Below are positions 35,592-48,500 of a DNA stretch of 64,000 nt, one piece after another. A program made the translations under genes and the position numbers. Position 1 is the first letter of the stretch. Each line of letters opens with the position of its first letter. The notes under the pieces were generated by a model, which saw only the letters and a list, made by a program, of their open reading frames with translations, did no database searches and had not been told where the DNA came from. This stretch comes from Azolla caroliniana (lineage: Eukaryota; Plantae; Polypodiophyta). Location of the stretch: the NCBI GenBank assembly GCA_043228905.1, contig JBHGNT010000004.1, positions 18,972,001 to 19,036,000 of the forward strand, given 5' to 3'.

Positions 35592-38500
35592 TCAAACAAC
35601 TCTCGTAAATCCGGCATCGGAGTAAATCTTGGACATCAAAATGTATGGCGCAGTTTCCCCAGGGTGTAAGTTTACCACATGATCAAACACTTGCTTCCCC
35701 AACTCAACCTTACCATGCTTTAAGCATGCACTTAAAAGAGATAAGCAAATGGCTAAATCAGATTGAATGGGCATTTTATACAAGATACTCTCAACCACTT
35801 TGAATTCTCCAGCCCGAGCAAGCAGATCAACTATACCAACACAGTGTCTCGGGTCCACACATACATTATCCAATTTGTTCATAGACTTGAAGAATTGAAT
35901 CCCCATATCTACTAGGCCATAATGGCTGCATGCATAGAGCATTGATGTGAATGTAACTCCATCTGGCTGTAAACCTTGGATGCACATATCTTGGAACAGG
36001 TAAAGGGCTTTGATACAATTTCCTTCTCCAGCATAGCCCGTAATGCAGGCACTATATGATACCACATCTGGTTGGACTAACTTATTGAAGATGTCTTGTG
36101 CATCCGCCATGCTCGAACAACTTCCATATGCGTGTATTAAAGTACTTTTCAAGCATGAATTCAAATCATATCCATTAGACGCAATACTGAAATGCATCTG
36201 CATACAGTTCTCTAGGCTTCCTGCTTCTTTGCATGCTTGTAAAATAGATATCAGTGTAATATCATCCATTATTAGATCTTTCTTTTTCATGTCTTTGTAT
36301 AGCTCTAATGCCTTTTCCACTTGGTTTTGCTCAACGTATACTTTAAGCATAGCATTCCAAGAGACAATATCTTCCCTAGACAAGCCATTGAATACTTTCT
36401 CCGCATCTAGAATGAACCCACACTTCCCATAAACAGAAACAAGCGTATTCATGACAAATAGATCTACAGAAAAATTTACTTCGGCATCAGTATGGAGCGA
36501 ATGGCTAATCTGATTCAACATCACTATCAATGATTTGGATATAATATCTTCGGCCTCGTCAACAAGGCTGCCACAAGCCTGAAGCTCAGCCACAAACGTC
36601 TGATGGTTTGGACTCACACCCTCTTCTTGCATCTGTGTATACAGCTGTAAAGCTTTCTTCCCATCACCATGTTCAACATAAGCTGTGATCATCACATTCC
36701 ATGAAACTACACCACGAACCACTAAATCACAAAATACTTTCTCTGCATTGAAAATATCTCCACACTTCCCATATACATATATCAAAGTGCTACCAACAAA
36801 GGCATGTGAATCATATCTCTTCCTCCGAGCATATGAATGCAAACACTTCCCAATCTCAAGAGCTATGGTTTTTGTAGAGTCTACTGTCAAACCCGAAATT
36901 CCTTCCTTCTCAGCAAGAATTCCACATGCTTGAAGAGCCATAACAACCATATGAGAGTTAGGTTCGACACCTTCTTCTTCTAGCTGCCGATACAATTTCA
37001 ACGCCATTATTTCATGCTGGTGCTCGATGCATGCCGAAAGCACTGCAATCCACGATGAATAAGCTGGTTGTGTCAATTGGCCAAACACATCCATTGCCTC
37101 AATGAAGGCACCACATCGACTATACATCTTTAATAGGGCACTGCTGACAAAAACGTGTGTGGAAAATCCCTTCTTCCATGCATCAAAATGCAGTGCCTTC
37201 CCAATGCATAGGCCTACATCTCTTTTCTTCTTTGCAACAGAAACACAAGCCTCAAGGGCAACTACAAATGTCTGGGGATCAGGGCTTATATTCTCTCTAT
37301 GCATTTGAGTGTACAGCTGTAATGCTTTCTCGCCTTGATCGTCTTCAACATACGATGATATAATTGCAGTCCATGATACCACATTATGCGAGGCCAATGC
37401 GGAAAATGCATTCTCAGCTTCAACTATACTCCCGCAACTGCCATACATATTCACCAGAGAGTTTCCTATAAAAATCTGCGAAGCAAAAGACTTTCTATAT
37501 GCTTGGGCATGTAATGCTCGACCAATCTCGAGTGACATTTCTTTCATAAAAAACTCACCAGTTGGATTAGTCTTTTCAGCACCTGCAAGGGTACAACAAG
37601 CTCCAAGTGCCAATAGGATTGTTTGATAATTTGGATCTGGACCCTCTTCTTGCATTTGCCTATACAACAATATTGCCTTCTCTCCTTGTTGTTGATCAAC
37701 AAATGCTGAGAGCATAGCAGTCCATGATACAACACATCGTTGTGAAAGACTACCAAACACAGCTTGGGCTTCTAAAGTTGCCCCACATTTGCCATACATG
37801 CTAATAAGCGTGTTTCCAACAAAAGTATCTGAGGCAACACCATTACTTTCAGCATCATTATGCAATGCCTGACCAATTCCCAAAGACATGACCTTTATGG
37901 ATCGCTTTTCCTTAATAAGTCCCTCTACTTTTTCAGCAAAAAGACCACATGCTTGAAGAACAATTAAATATGTCTGAAGGTCGGGAGTAACACCTTCCTT
38001 ATGCATTTTCCAGTACAATTGTAAAGCACTTCTTCCTTCATCTTGATCCATATATGCAGAGATAATTGCGTTCCACGACACGGTGTTCGCAAAGGTAATT
38101 CCATTAAATGCATTATGTGCTTGTGTGATCATTCTGCATTTTCCATACATGCTTACAAGGGTCGTCCCAATAAATACATCTGCACAAAATCCTTTCTTAT
38201 GAATATCAGCATGAAATGCTCGCCCGATTTCCAATCCAATCTCTGTGTTACTAGGACACCATATGCCTGAAGAGCCAGAATAAAAGATTGTTTGTTCGGT
38301 GTTATGTTCTCTTCAACCATTTGTCGAAACAAAATCAAGGCCTTTTCTCCACATCGATTTTCTACATATACCGAAATTATAGCATTCCAAGATACAACAT
38401 TTTGGTATACTATCTGTCCAAAAACAGTCTTAGCTTCTTCTACAGATGCACATTTCCCATACATACTAACAAGCGTGTTTGCAACATATATATATAAACA

Positions 38501-39043
38501 CAGCCCTGCTTCACAAGCATGATGGTGTAAAATTTTCCCTACTTGAAGATTATGTACATTTCCACATGACTTGAAAAGGCTAACAAAGGTGTATGCGTCA
38601 GGCTGCAAGGTTTGATGGTGATTCATGTGATGAAAATAGATGTGAAGAGACATGTGAGCATGGCCCGAATCATTGAGAGCAGATAAGAGCGAAGTCAAGG
38701 AGAAGATAGTAGGGTTCGGTAATGTGTTGAAGAGGGAAAAGGCATCATCCAAACCTCCACATTTGGCCAAGGTCATGATTAAATGGTCACCAAGTGGACC
38801 TGATAGATCGAATTGATGATGAACAAGGTGGGAATGGATGAGCTGAGCTCGGCGAAGCGATTTCAAAGCAATGCATGATCGGAGAAGAGAAAGGTAGAAG
38901 TGGGGAGGATGTACTTGGTTCAGTTCTATTTCTCCTTCTAGTGTACATGAGGGGGAGAAAGAATGGAAGCTCTGTATTCTGTAGATGCATCTCCCTCTCC
39001 ACAAACAGCATATCTTCTTCCATGCCTGAGGTTGCATACTCAT
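35592..39043 (-). CDS. PLS-class (E-type, no DYW) pentatricopeptide repeat protein, probable organellar RNA-editing factor; split by one frameshift near 38245
   Basis: ORFs 38153-39043 and 35592-38234 contain continuous P-L-S triplets (VSWNAIIS..., TLVSMYGKC..., LEIGRALH), ending with the E region VDLLARAG...SLLSAC...YILMSKIYSDAG. Transit-peptide-like N-terminus; no other disruptions. Confidence 0.9.
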
Positions 39044-39205
39044 ACCCTGCAGGATCCATGCCCCTATTGAGGCTTAACGCGACCCCGATCTCTGTCTCTC
39101 TCGCTCTCTGTTCCTCCTCTGTTTGTTTTGTTTTCCTTCAAGCAAGCAGATTGTTAATAATAATAATTTCAATTTCAATTTTAATTTTAATAGTAATAAT
39201 AATAA

Positions 39206-39519
39206 GGGAAAAGTACCAGGATACCCCCCGGAAGTTCGTCTATTTACCAGAATGCCCCTGAAAGTTCCAAATTTACGAAACTATCCCTATGTCCAAAAAA
39301 TTACACTTTATAAAGTAATTATACACTCAAATCTACAAGCCTTATTTACCAAAGATGGAAGAAATGGACCCGAACTAGCCCTATTTACCAAAGATTTGAG
39401 TGTATAATTACTTTATAAAGTGTACTTTTTTGGACATAGGGATAGTTTGGTAAATTTGGAACTTCCAGGGGCATTCTGGTAAATAGACGAACTTCCAGAG
39501 GTATCCTAGTACTTTTTCC
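39206..39519. mobile_element. Mutator-type MITE, ~125-bp TIRs
   Basis: GGGAAAAGTACCAGGATACC...GGTATCCTAGTACTTTTTCC; imperfect 9-bp TSD TAATAATAA/TAACAGTAA; same TIR as 41539-42586. Confidence 0.88.
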
Positions 39520-40179
39520 TAACAGTAATAAGAAATGAGGACATAACATTGTGGGGATATCAACCTACCACTTCATCTATCTCACCACACAACACACATA
39601 CACACATATTTGAAGCTCCTCGCGCAACACACAACGATCCCCCGATACTATTCTTTATAACAACAGGCAGTGCGAGGCTCAATAAAATCATTAACCTTTG
39701 CCATAAACAGATCATGTTGTGTAATGCAACTTTCGTATGTTAAACCTCTGAACGGGCTTTCTTACTCTGCTTGATCTTCTGAATTGTGATGTTGTTGTCC
39801 CATGATTTACCGTTAGCTTCTTTCGCATAATCATCTGTTTCCTCATTACTAGTGTCATTCTCATTATCAAACATCATTTTCTTGATCCATGCTACTTAGC
39901 CTACTTGACAAAGGCCTTTGCACATCACATTCTAATGTTTTTCTATTTTGCATTTCATCAAATTTTACAATCTTTGAGATGTAAAACTTCTCACCATCTA
40001 TATCCATTTTTTACGACATCAATCCCTAGGGGAAAATACACTTTATAGCCTTTTCATCAAGCTTCTTCTTACTTGACTAGGAACATAGACATAGCAAATA
40101 CATCTAAAAACTTTTAATGTATCAACTCGAGGTTTTTATTATTATAGAACAGTTAAAAAGGAATATTGTTACTGATTAT

Positions 40180-40485
40180 AACGGTTGGTATTCCATTTAT
40201 CAAAGTCGTTGCATAATGACAAGAATCAACTCAAAACCGCACATCCAACAAGGTTATTGCAAGAGATATGGAGTGAAATTGTAACCACTCTGAAGAGCCA
40301 ATATGATGGCCTTAAGGGCGGCTCCGATGGAGTTGAAAGACAATGAATAGCCTTCATCCAACAATGGTCGTCCTCTCCCTTTCTTGAATCAATGAGCATC
40401 CACATAAGATTGAACTATCGCATCCCTACAGGGATTTGTACATAATCTTGTAAAATTTTATAACTAATGGAAGGAGTTTTTTTTT
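40180..40485 (+). mobile_element. LINE 3'-end fragment inside the Copia remnant
   Basis: IWSEIVTTLKSQYDGLKG...FIQQW aligns with FWDNLVHIVKGEYDNIKG...IHQTW at the C-terminus of ORF 23202-24302. Confidence 0.65.
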
Positions 40486-41538
40486 GGAAATTTGTTTTTA
40501 TTATTATCATGTTTACCAATCTTTTATGCCACAACTCAAACTCTTTTTTTTTTCATTTGCAATCATGCATTTCTTTTCTGTATCATTCAATATAAACATT
40601 CGTCCTAGTTTTCTTCCGGTTACAACTACCTCTCTTGTGTTTGAACTTGTTATAGTACATCCATATTTATTAAACATTACATCCTTAACTAGTTGATCAA
40701 TAGAAATTAACTTCTTTTTAACACCAGGTGCATACCATACATCTTTTTACTTTTTAGACATGTCATTAGAAAAATGCAATGGAACATCTCCACAACTTTT
40801 TACATCATAACATGTATCATCACCCATACAAATTTCAATTGGAGTGGACAAACTCTTTGCTGCATCAAACAAACCACAATCTCCAGTCATGTGATTTGAA
40901 CAACCATAATCAAGATATCAAGCATTATTTGCATTCTTACCAATTGTAACTACAAATGCATTTTTATCACATGCATTCTCATCATGTTGATCTACTTTAT
41001 TAGTACTATGGGATGCATAATTACTTTCACTATATTTTCCATTCTTTATATCACTTTATCAAATCCAACAGTTTTGCACATGATGCCCAATCTTATTGCA
41101 ATAAAAACACTTAATAATTGAGGTTGAATTGCCATGAAAATTACCTTGATTATTCTAAAACCTTTGTCCTCTTTGTATTCTCCCTCTTCCTCTATTATTA
41201 TTGTTATTGTAGTTCTCACCTTCTTGTTTATTTTCATCGTAAATTTGTTCATTTTGCCATCTTCCACAAGCTTGATTTCTTCCTCGTTGTTGCCACCTTC
41301 CTCCTCTTCCACTTAGAGATTTTCCTCTATTAGCATAGAAGGACGGTTCTTCATTCCAATCCTTATCACTCTTTGATGAATTTGTAATTTGTTCTTCTTG
41401 TAGCAACTTAGGAATCAACTCATCAAATGATGGTATTCCAACAACATAAATACATAGATGTTTTAAATATATTAAAGTTTGATAGCAATCCTTTTAAACA
41501 TACAAACACAATATCATCATCATCCATAATACAATCTA

Positions 41539-42586
41539 GGGAAAAGTACCAGGATACCTCTGGAGGAGAAGTTCAAAATTTACCAAACTACCCCTATGTC
41601 CAAAAAAATACACTTTATAAAGTAACTATACACTCAAATCTACAAGCCCTATTTACCAGAATAGCCTTCAAACACAAATTTCTTTACTTAAGCGATTCTT
41701 TGGGTCCTTTGTACATAACAGTGTAGGCTTTCTTTTCTTTCCTGTTCATTGGGTTGATCAATCATCTTCATCATCAGGATATGGGGTTACATTGTGCATT
41801 ATTAGATATTTTGTTGAGTCGATAGATATATTTGATTTTGTGGATAGTTTTGGAATTACACTTTTTGTAGACGGATCAAAATTAACATGTAATTATTACA
41901 TTTCGATAATTAATTTTGGTTTGCAAGTATTTTTGAAATTGAGGAGATTTAGTTGTGATCGCATTTTACTAACAAAATTTAATGTAAAATCATCAAAATT
42001 GGTTTAAGATGGCATTTTAATAGCAAAGTGTCATGTGAGATTTTGTTTAAAATGACATTTTGGTAGCAAAGTTTTTCGTGAGATTTGGTTTAACATTTTG
42101 GCCGCAAATTGTTTGTGAATCCGCAAATTCATGGAATTTGGCTTCAAAATGGCATCCCAATGATAAATTTTGGTGTGCGATCAAATGTTTTGGTTTTAAG
42201 ATTAAGTTTTGGTCACTTCAATCACAAATTTTGGTTTTATGGGATTAAGCCAGTATAACTCAGTGTAAATTCATAGAATTGGATTTTAAGGTGACCTTTC
42301 AATTGAAATGTTTGATATATAATATAATTGTGATAATTTAGTTTGATTTATGATGTATTTTGAAAAATAAAAGTGGTATAAATTGGTCAAAATAGGTATA
42401 TAGTGGCATTATGGTAAATAAGTTTCGGTTTAAGGCTATTCTAGTAAATAGGGCTTGCGGATTTGAGTGTATAATTACTTTATAAAGTGTATTTTTTTGG
42501 ACATAGGGGTAGTTTGGTAAATTTGGAACTTCCTGGGACATTCTGGTAAATAGACGAACTTCCAGGGGTATCTTGGTACTTTTCCC
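41539..42586. mobile_element. Non-autonomous Mutator-like element inserted in the Copia gag
   Basis: Long TIRs GGGAAAAGTACC...GGTACTTTTCCC; perfect 9-bp TSD TACAATCTA at 41530-41538 and 42587-42595. Confidence 0.95.
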
Positions 42587-44754
42587 TACAATCTATCAAT
42601 GCCAAATCATTCACAATTTTCCTAATTTTTCCAACATAATCCATGATTGTCATGTTTCTACCCATTTTAACATTTTGTAATTGCTCTTTTAGTTGCATCT
42701 TTCTAGCCGAAGAAACATTCAGAATTTTTTTTTCTAATGTATCCACATTTCCTTAGTAGCACTACAATGCTTTACATGTGGAATCAAAGATGATGAAAGA
42801 GTGTTTTAAAGTATTACCATGGCATGTGCATCTTTTTTATTCCAATATTTTGCCTCAATAACACTAGATTATTTTTCCTTTCCCTTTCTATCTTCTTCTT
42901 TTATTGTATAACTAGGTTTATTGTTAACAACTATATGCCACAATTCTTCAGCCTTTAAAAACAACATACTTTATACTTCCATGATGTATAATTATCTTTA
43001 GTCAATTTTTCAAGCTTCGTTACTTAAATAGACATATTGAATGCAAGTACATAAGGATTTTAGTTAAAAGTGTTTACTAAAAACCCTTGATGTTGAAGAG
43101 CTTGATGCTTGTCACTTGACGTGCTTTTGATATGTCGTCATGATAATTGTAGAAGAAATTGCTTTAGCCTTATTGTTGAGAATTGATATTGATAGTTGAG
43201 CGGAGGAAGCAAAGATTGTACAAAAGCTTTAGAGGGGCTATGGTGTTGAGATGTTGATATTGATGGTTGAGGTTGTAGAGAGGTAATAGAAGAGATGATG
43301 GGAGAAGCTTTGGTAGAGACAAAGGGTTGATTATCGCTCGATACATGTGAAAAACCTAGAGAAATGAATCATATTAAACAGTGGGAGTAAGCCCCCTTTA
43401 TATAAGGTGAAGCATGTGAGCATGGTCGCCACATGGTTGCATGTATGCATGACATCCTATGCATTACATACTAATTATGTTTATCATATATTAACAAATG
43501 ATATAAATTATTATTGTAAGTGCTATAGTCTATAAAGTAGAGGTAAAAGGTTCAAATCCATATATACCTTTTTGTTATACATAAGATTGTGCTTGATCCT
43601 CAACAAAGGCGTTTGTATTTCGAACTTTGTATGTTTATGCAAATGAGGTTTACCACCATGCTCTGATTGTAGGTGGGAAGTGTTCAAGTGACCCCAATCA
43701 TACTAGTATTTAGGCATGGGTTTTCTCTATTACTCGTTGGACTCCCCTCTCATTGTTGCTAGTAGTTTCTCTATGGGAGCTAACACCATTAGGAGTGTCG
43801 TTTTCTCTATAGCTCTCTTTGCATGTGCATTGAGAATTTCGTGCAAATTGATGTTAGAGCGATGAGTTTACATTACATACCTGGATCGCCGATGCATTTC
43901 TCGCTCAATTACTCTAAGCTCTATTATGAGTTCCTCATTATGATGTTCTAGGATTTTTACATTGCTCTTGACTTGGTCACATCTAGAAAAGGTCATTTAG
44001 GAATCAAGTTGACAATCGATTAAAACAAGAAATAAACAATCAAGGCCATGTATAGTTTAATTTTTTATAACTTAGCACTAAAAATTAAACAATCAATTAG
44101 CACAAGAAATAAGCAAAGAAATAAATTTGAAAAATTGAAAAATGAAAATACATAACGAATTGAAAAATAAACGACAATCATAGAACGATGCTCTATAACC
44201 ACACATTTAATCATATGCTAAGATTTTTGAGCCTACTAAGAAATACCAGTAAAGCAAACCCTAAACTTAACACTTACTCACACAATCAAGAGTTAACCTA
44301 ACATGCTTGATCACTTACATATCGATCACAAAGCAATTAACACAATAGACAAGAAAAACAATGAAAGAAAATGATAAATTACTCAATTGAGAGTGTTGAG
44401 TGAGCAAGCTCAACTTGTGTTGGATCGGCAGACGAAGCCGAGTGTTGGATTAGATGGAAACTGATCGGCTAGGCCCAAATCGGTTGAATAAGCCGAAAGC
44501 CAAATCAGTTGCTAGGCCAAATTGGATGATCGAGTCGGATGGAATCCGATAGGCCATTAGGGCCTATATTCCTACTATAGTAAATAGGAATATTATAGGC
44601 AGAGTTAGTGTTAGGCTCATCTATGAGCATTAAAGTACTAATAGTACTTGTGTCAACCCACTCATCAGGGCTTATATAAAAAATACTCTGTGAACACATT
44701 GTATGTACTGAGTCTTTTTTAATAGAATTGTTTTTCGTCTGTTTGCTCACTTAG

Positions 44755-44811
<57 letters not shown>

Positions 44812-44989
44812 TTCTCTGTGGTTACCTAATTGTTGCATTCCGGATAACTGATTGTGTACTCAGTGTTTTGCATAAGCTTTCACACATATTCTTTTACATG
44901 GTTTCAAAGCACAAGGGTTGAGAATCCTCTGCAGTCAATAGAAACGCGACCGAAAGTCAAGACTGTCATGATATAGCATGGTATGACTT

Positions 44990-45052
44990 CAAAAGGATTT
45001 GAACCCATGACCTTGTGTCACTGAGTTGAAGCCCTACCATTAAGCTATATAT
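44990..45052 (-). promoter_or_regulatory. tRNA-like Pol III A/B-box cassette inside the chromovirus LTR (second copy ~60115-60180)
   Basis: Minus strand TAGCTTAATGGTAGGGC...GGTCATGGGTTCAAATCCTTTT; A box 45037-45047 and B box 44995-45005, both consensus. Confidence 0.65.
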
Positions 45053-45270
45053 TGTAATAAACAAAATATTATTTCCATTGATTATTTCACTTAGGAAATC
45101 CATACTAGATTTCTCTGGAACATTCTAGAAATGTCAATAGTACTCCTAAGCATACTAGAAAAAGAGGCACATGGCATTATTGAGAACCAATTCGGTTCAA
45201 CGCTAGTGTTAAGTCTTCTAGCTATTCTTGTATATTCTCTTCATATAATATAATATATCGTTTGTTATCA

Positions 45271-45310
<40 letters not shown>

Positions 45311-45403
45311 TCTCTCAAGAATTCTACACCCTCTTTTCCTCTTAGTACTAATCCTCATCTCTAGTACTAATTCCCTCTCTATCTTAGTACTATTCCTGAT
45401 AGT

Positions 45404-45416
45404 TTGAACCAAATTG
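45404..45416 (+). promoter_or_regulatory. Self-priming PBS
   Basis: TTGAACCAAATTG is complementary (12/13) to CAATTCGGTTCAA at 45188-45200, about 30 nt after the LTR TATA box (intact TATAAAA at 60289-60295 in the 3' LTR). Confidence 0.8.
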
Positions 45417-45540
45417 CCTTCGTTCTCATCTTCGTATCCCTCATTCCCTTCATACAAATCTTCTTATCCTTCCCTTCTCCAATACTATGGCAATTGTTAG
45501 TGCTCAAGAATACCAATTTGTCCTCTCGGCGCTGTAGTGT

Positions 45541-48500
45541 TTGAAAGAAAAGTACATAGCACTAGAACATGAAAAACAACGGCTGTTGGGGGATCTTCAA
45601 CAAATCTCTCTAGAGAAGCAGCAAACGCAACAACAACACAGAGAGTTCGCGTTACACGTACAACAGCTTGAAGCAACCAGTGTGTCCTTGCAACAACAAG
45701 GACCAAGTATTCAAGGAATTCATAAAGAATCCATGATCGGTCTTCCTACAAAATTCAACGAAACACAATCACAATTCAAAGGATTCCTTAATCAAGTATG
45801 TCTCGTGGTTCAAATGCATCCTTCCTGATATCCCATTGATGCATCACGAGTGGGATTAGTAGGCACGTTGCTTAGTGGCCTAACTTTGGCATGGTTCACA
45901 CCTTTATTAGAACAAAGATCTCCATTGTTAAATAATTTTGAGGAATTTATTAGCGATTTTAAAGTCTGTTTCGGGGACACCGATAGCGTTAGGACGACAA
46001 TCAATAAAATCCGAAGATTGCGTCAAGGTGATCATCCAGCCTCAACCTATGTTGCGGATTTCCGTCTACTCGCCGCCGATATTCCCTATGATGATCTAAC
46101 ATTGATAGAGAAGTTTCAATATGGCCTTTGAAATGATGTCAAAGATTTACTCCTGACTTTTCCCGAATAACCAAAGTCGCTCACAGAGGCAATCAGTCGA
46201 GCGGTGCGTTGCGATAACAGACTTTTCGAACTACGTTCGGAACGTCAATTACAATGCCAAGAACAAGGTCGGAACCCACATATGCCTTAGTCGTAGCAAA
46301 ACCATTTGCAAGGGATTCATATAATGCATCTCCAACAGTCGACACTACACGTCATCACGAACTGTTATCGGAAGAGGAAAAGCAGCGACGCCGAGCAAAT
46401 CGACTATGTCTTTATTGCGGTGGACCGATGCATATTGCAGTGAACTGTCCCCATAGGCCAAGAAGACAAGTAAATCAAATAGCCACTAGTACTAATAGTA
46501 TTAAGCCCGAATCTATTTCATTAGGAGTGTCTGATAGTTCTAATAGCCCAAGCCTATCAAACAAATTTGAAGTCCTTAGTCAACTAGAAGAAGAGTTAAA
46601 CAACTAAGTTCAATCAAAATAGGAGCCGTTTGGTTGGACATCCCTAGATTTGTGCAACCCATTAGTGGTTCCATTCCCTCTAAGCAAGTTAGCAATGTCT
46701 TCCTAGCTCAAGTAACAATTAGTACTAAAACTACTCCTGCAATACATGCCTTAGCACTCCTAGATTCCGAAGCTAATTCTGGCTTCATGGATAAGAATTT
46801 TGCCCAAGCTCATCTGATATCCTTAAGAAAACTCCCTTGCCCAACCTTTGTAGTAGTCATTGATGGTCGCCCCATTGCTTCCGAAAATATTGTAGAAGAA
46901 TCAGAGCCAATTAGTGTTGTCCTAGATAATTTGGCATGTGTAGTATCATTCAATATAATTAGTAGTCCAGAACATCCCATTGTTTTGGCATTACCATGGT
47001 TCGAGTTACACAATCCGGACATAGATTGGAGAACAAGAGAAATCCGGTATCGACAACCTTGAGAATCTACTCATAAGGTTTGAACCATTTCACGACATCA
47101 ACTACGTGAGGAAGGACGCCAGGAATCAATGTTTGTATTCGCAGTATCAATGAAACCTTCCAGCACCACTAAAGAGGAATCCATAGTTCAACTTCTAGAG
47201 AAGTATCGTCATTATGCCGACGTGTTTGATAAGGTACAAGCCAATACTCTTCCTCACCATCGACCGTATGATCGTCCCATTGATTTACAACCAGGAAAAG
47301 AGCCACCATGGGGACCGATCTACAACTTGTCACCAACCGAGCTAGAAGTCCTTCGAGCCTACATAGAGGAGAATTTGGCAAATGGGTTCATTCGACATTC
47401 GAAATCTCCAGCCGGCGCACCCAATTTCTTTGTCCTGAAAAAGGATGGATCACTTCGTCTTGTCGTGGATTACCGTGGCTTGAATAAGGTCACCATCAGG
47501 AATAGGTATGCGCTTCCCCTTATCTCGAGTCTTTTAGAACGGATTAATGGTGCAAAGTTCTTCACAAAGATCGACTTACGAGGCACATATAACCTCACAT
47601 GAATCTTATCGGGAGATGAATGGAAGACTTCTTTTCGCACCCGATACGGGCACTTCGAGTATACGGTTATGCCATTCGTTCTCACCAATGCGCCAATAAT
47701 CTTCTAGCACATGGCAAATGATATATTCCAAGATCTCGTGGATATCTATTTGATCATCTATTTGGATGATCTACTAGTTTATTCGAAGATTCAAGAAGAA
47801 CATGATTCTCATGTACTATTAGTACTAAAACAATTTCAAGAACATGGTCTTTATGCAAAACTAGAAAAATGTAGTTTTGAGTGCAACCAAGTGGAATTTC
47901 TTGGCTATTTCATCTCCTCGGAAAGAATCTCTATGGATCCAGCTAAAGTCAAAACAGTGGTAGAGTGGCAGACTCCCCGTTCGTTGCGAGATGTGCAATG
48001 TTTTTTAGGCTTCGCAAATTTCTACCGCAAGTTTATACAGGACTACTCAAAGCTCATTTTGCCTCTCCCACAACTTACCAAGAAGGGGCATTCGTTTGTT
48101 TGGTCTAAGGAAGTGGACACGGCTTTTGTAAGTCTTAAGAAAGCATTTACATCAGTTCCTATTCTAGCTCATGTTGATCCGAAAAAACCGTTCATCATGG
48201 AGGCAGACGCGCTAGATTTCGCCCTTGGTAGCATTCTGTCATAACAAGGCGATGATGAAAAACTACATCATGTGGCTTTCCACTCACGCAAGTTTGACGC
48301 CGCCGAAATCAACTACGAGATACATGACAAGGAGCTATTGGCAATAGTCGCAGACTCTTTTGCACAATGGAGGCATTTTTTAGAGGGATCTTCTCATCAA
48401 GTCGTCATGTATTACAAAAACCTTGCCTATTTCAAGAATGCCCATGTATTAAATCAACGACAAGCTCAATGGGCCCAATTCCTCACTTGTTTCGACTTCA

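Larger units (their letters stand above)
39830..43605 (-). mobile_element. Old, 3'-truncated Ty1/Copia remnant
   Basis: Putative LTR 43346-43605; degenerate Met PBS 43336-43345; gag (EKLTKDNYTSWK, NVSSARKMQLKEQL); protease YLDYGCSNHMTGD near 40900; SH3-like LKVFRCICYVYVP near 40100. Integrase core and RT absent. Confidence 0.75.

Noticed and set aside
39549-39827. Possible solo LTR (TG...CA)
   Set aside because: No convincing TSD and no second copy in the window.
43620-44393. Another old minus-strand LTR element (PBS-like GCTCTATAACCA near 44190)
   Set aside because: Plausible, but no recognisable coding domain or paired LTR supports the boundaries.
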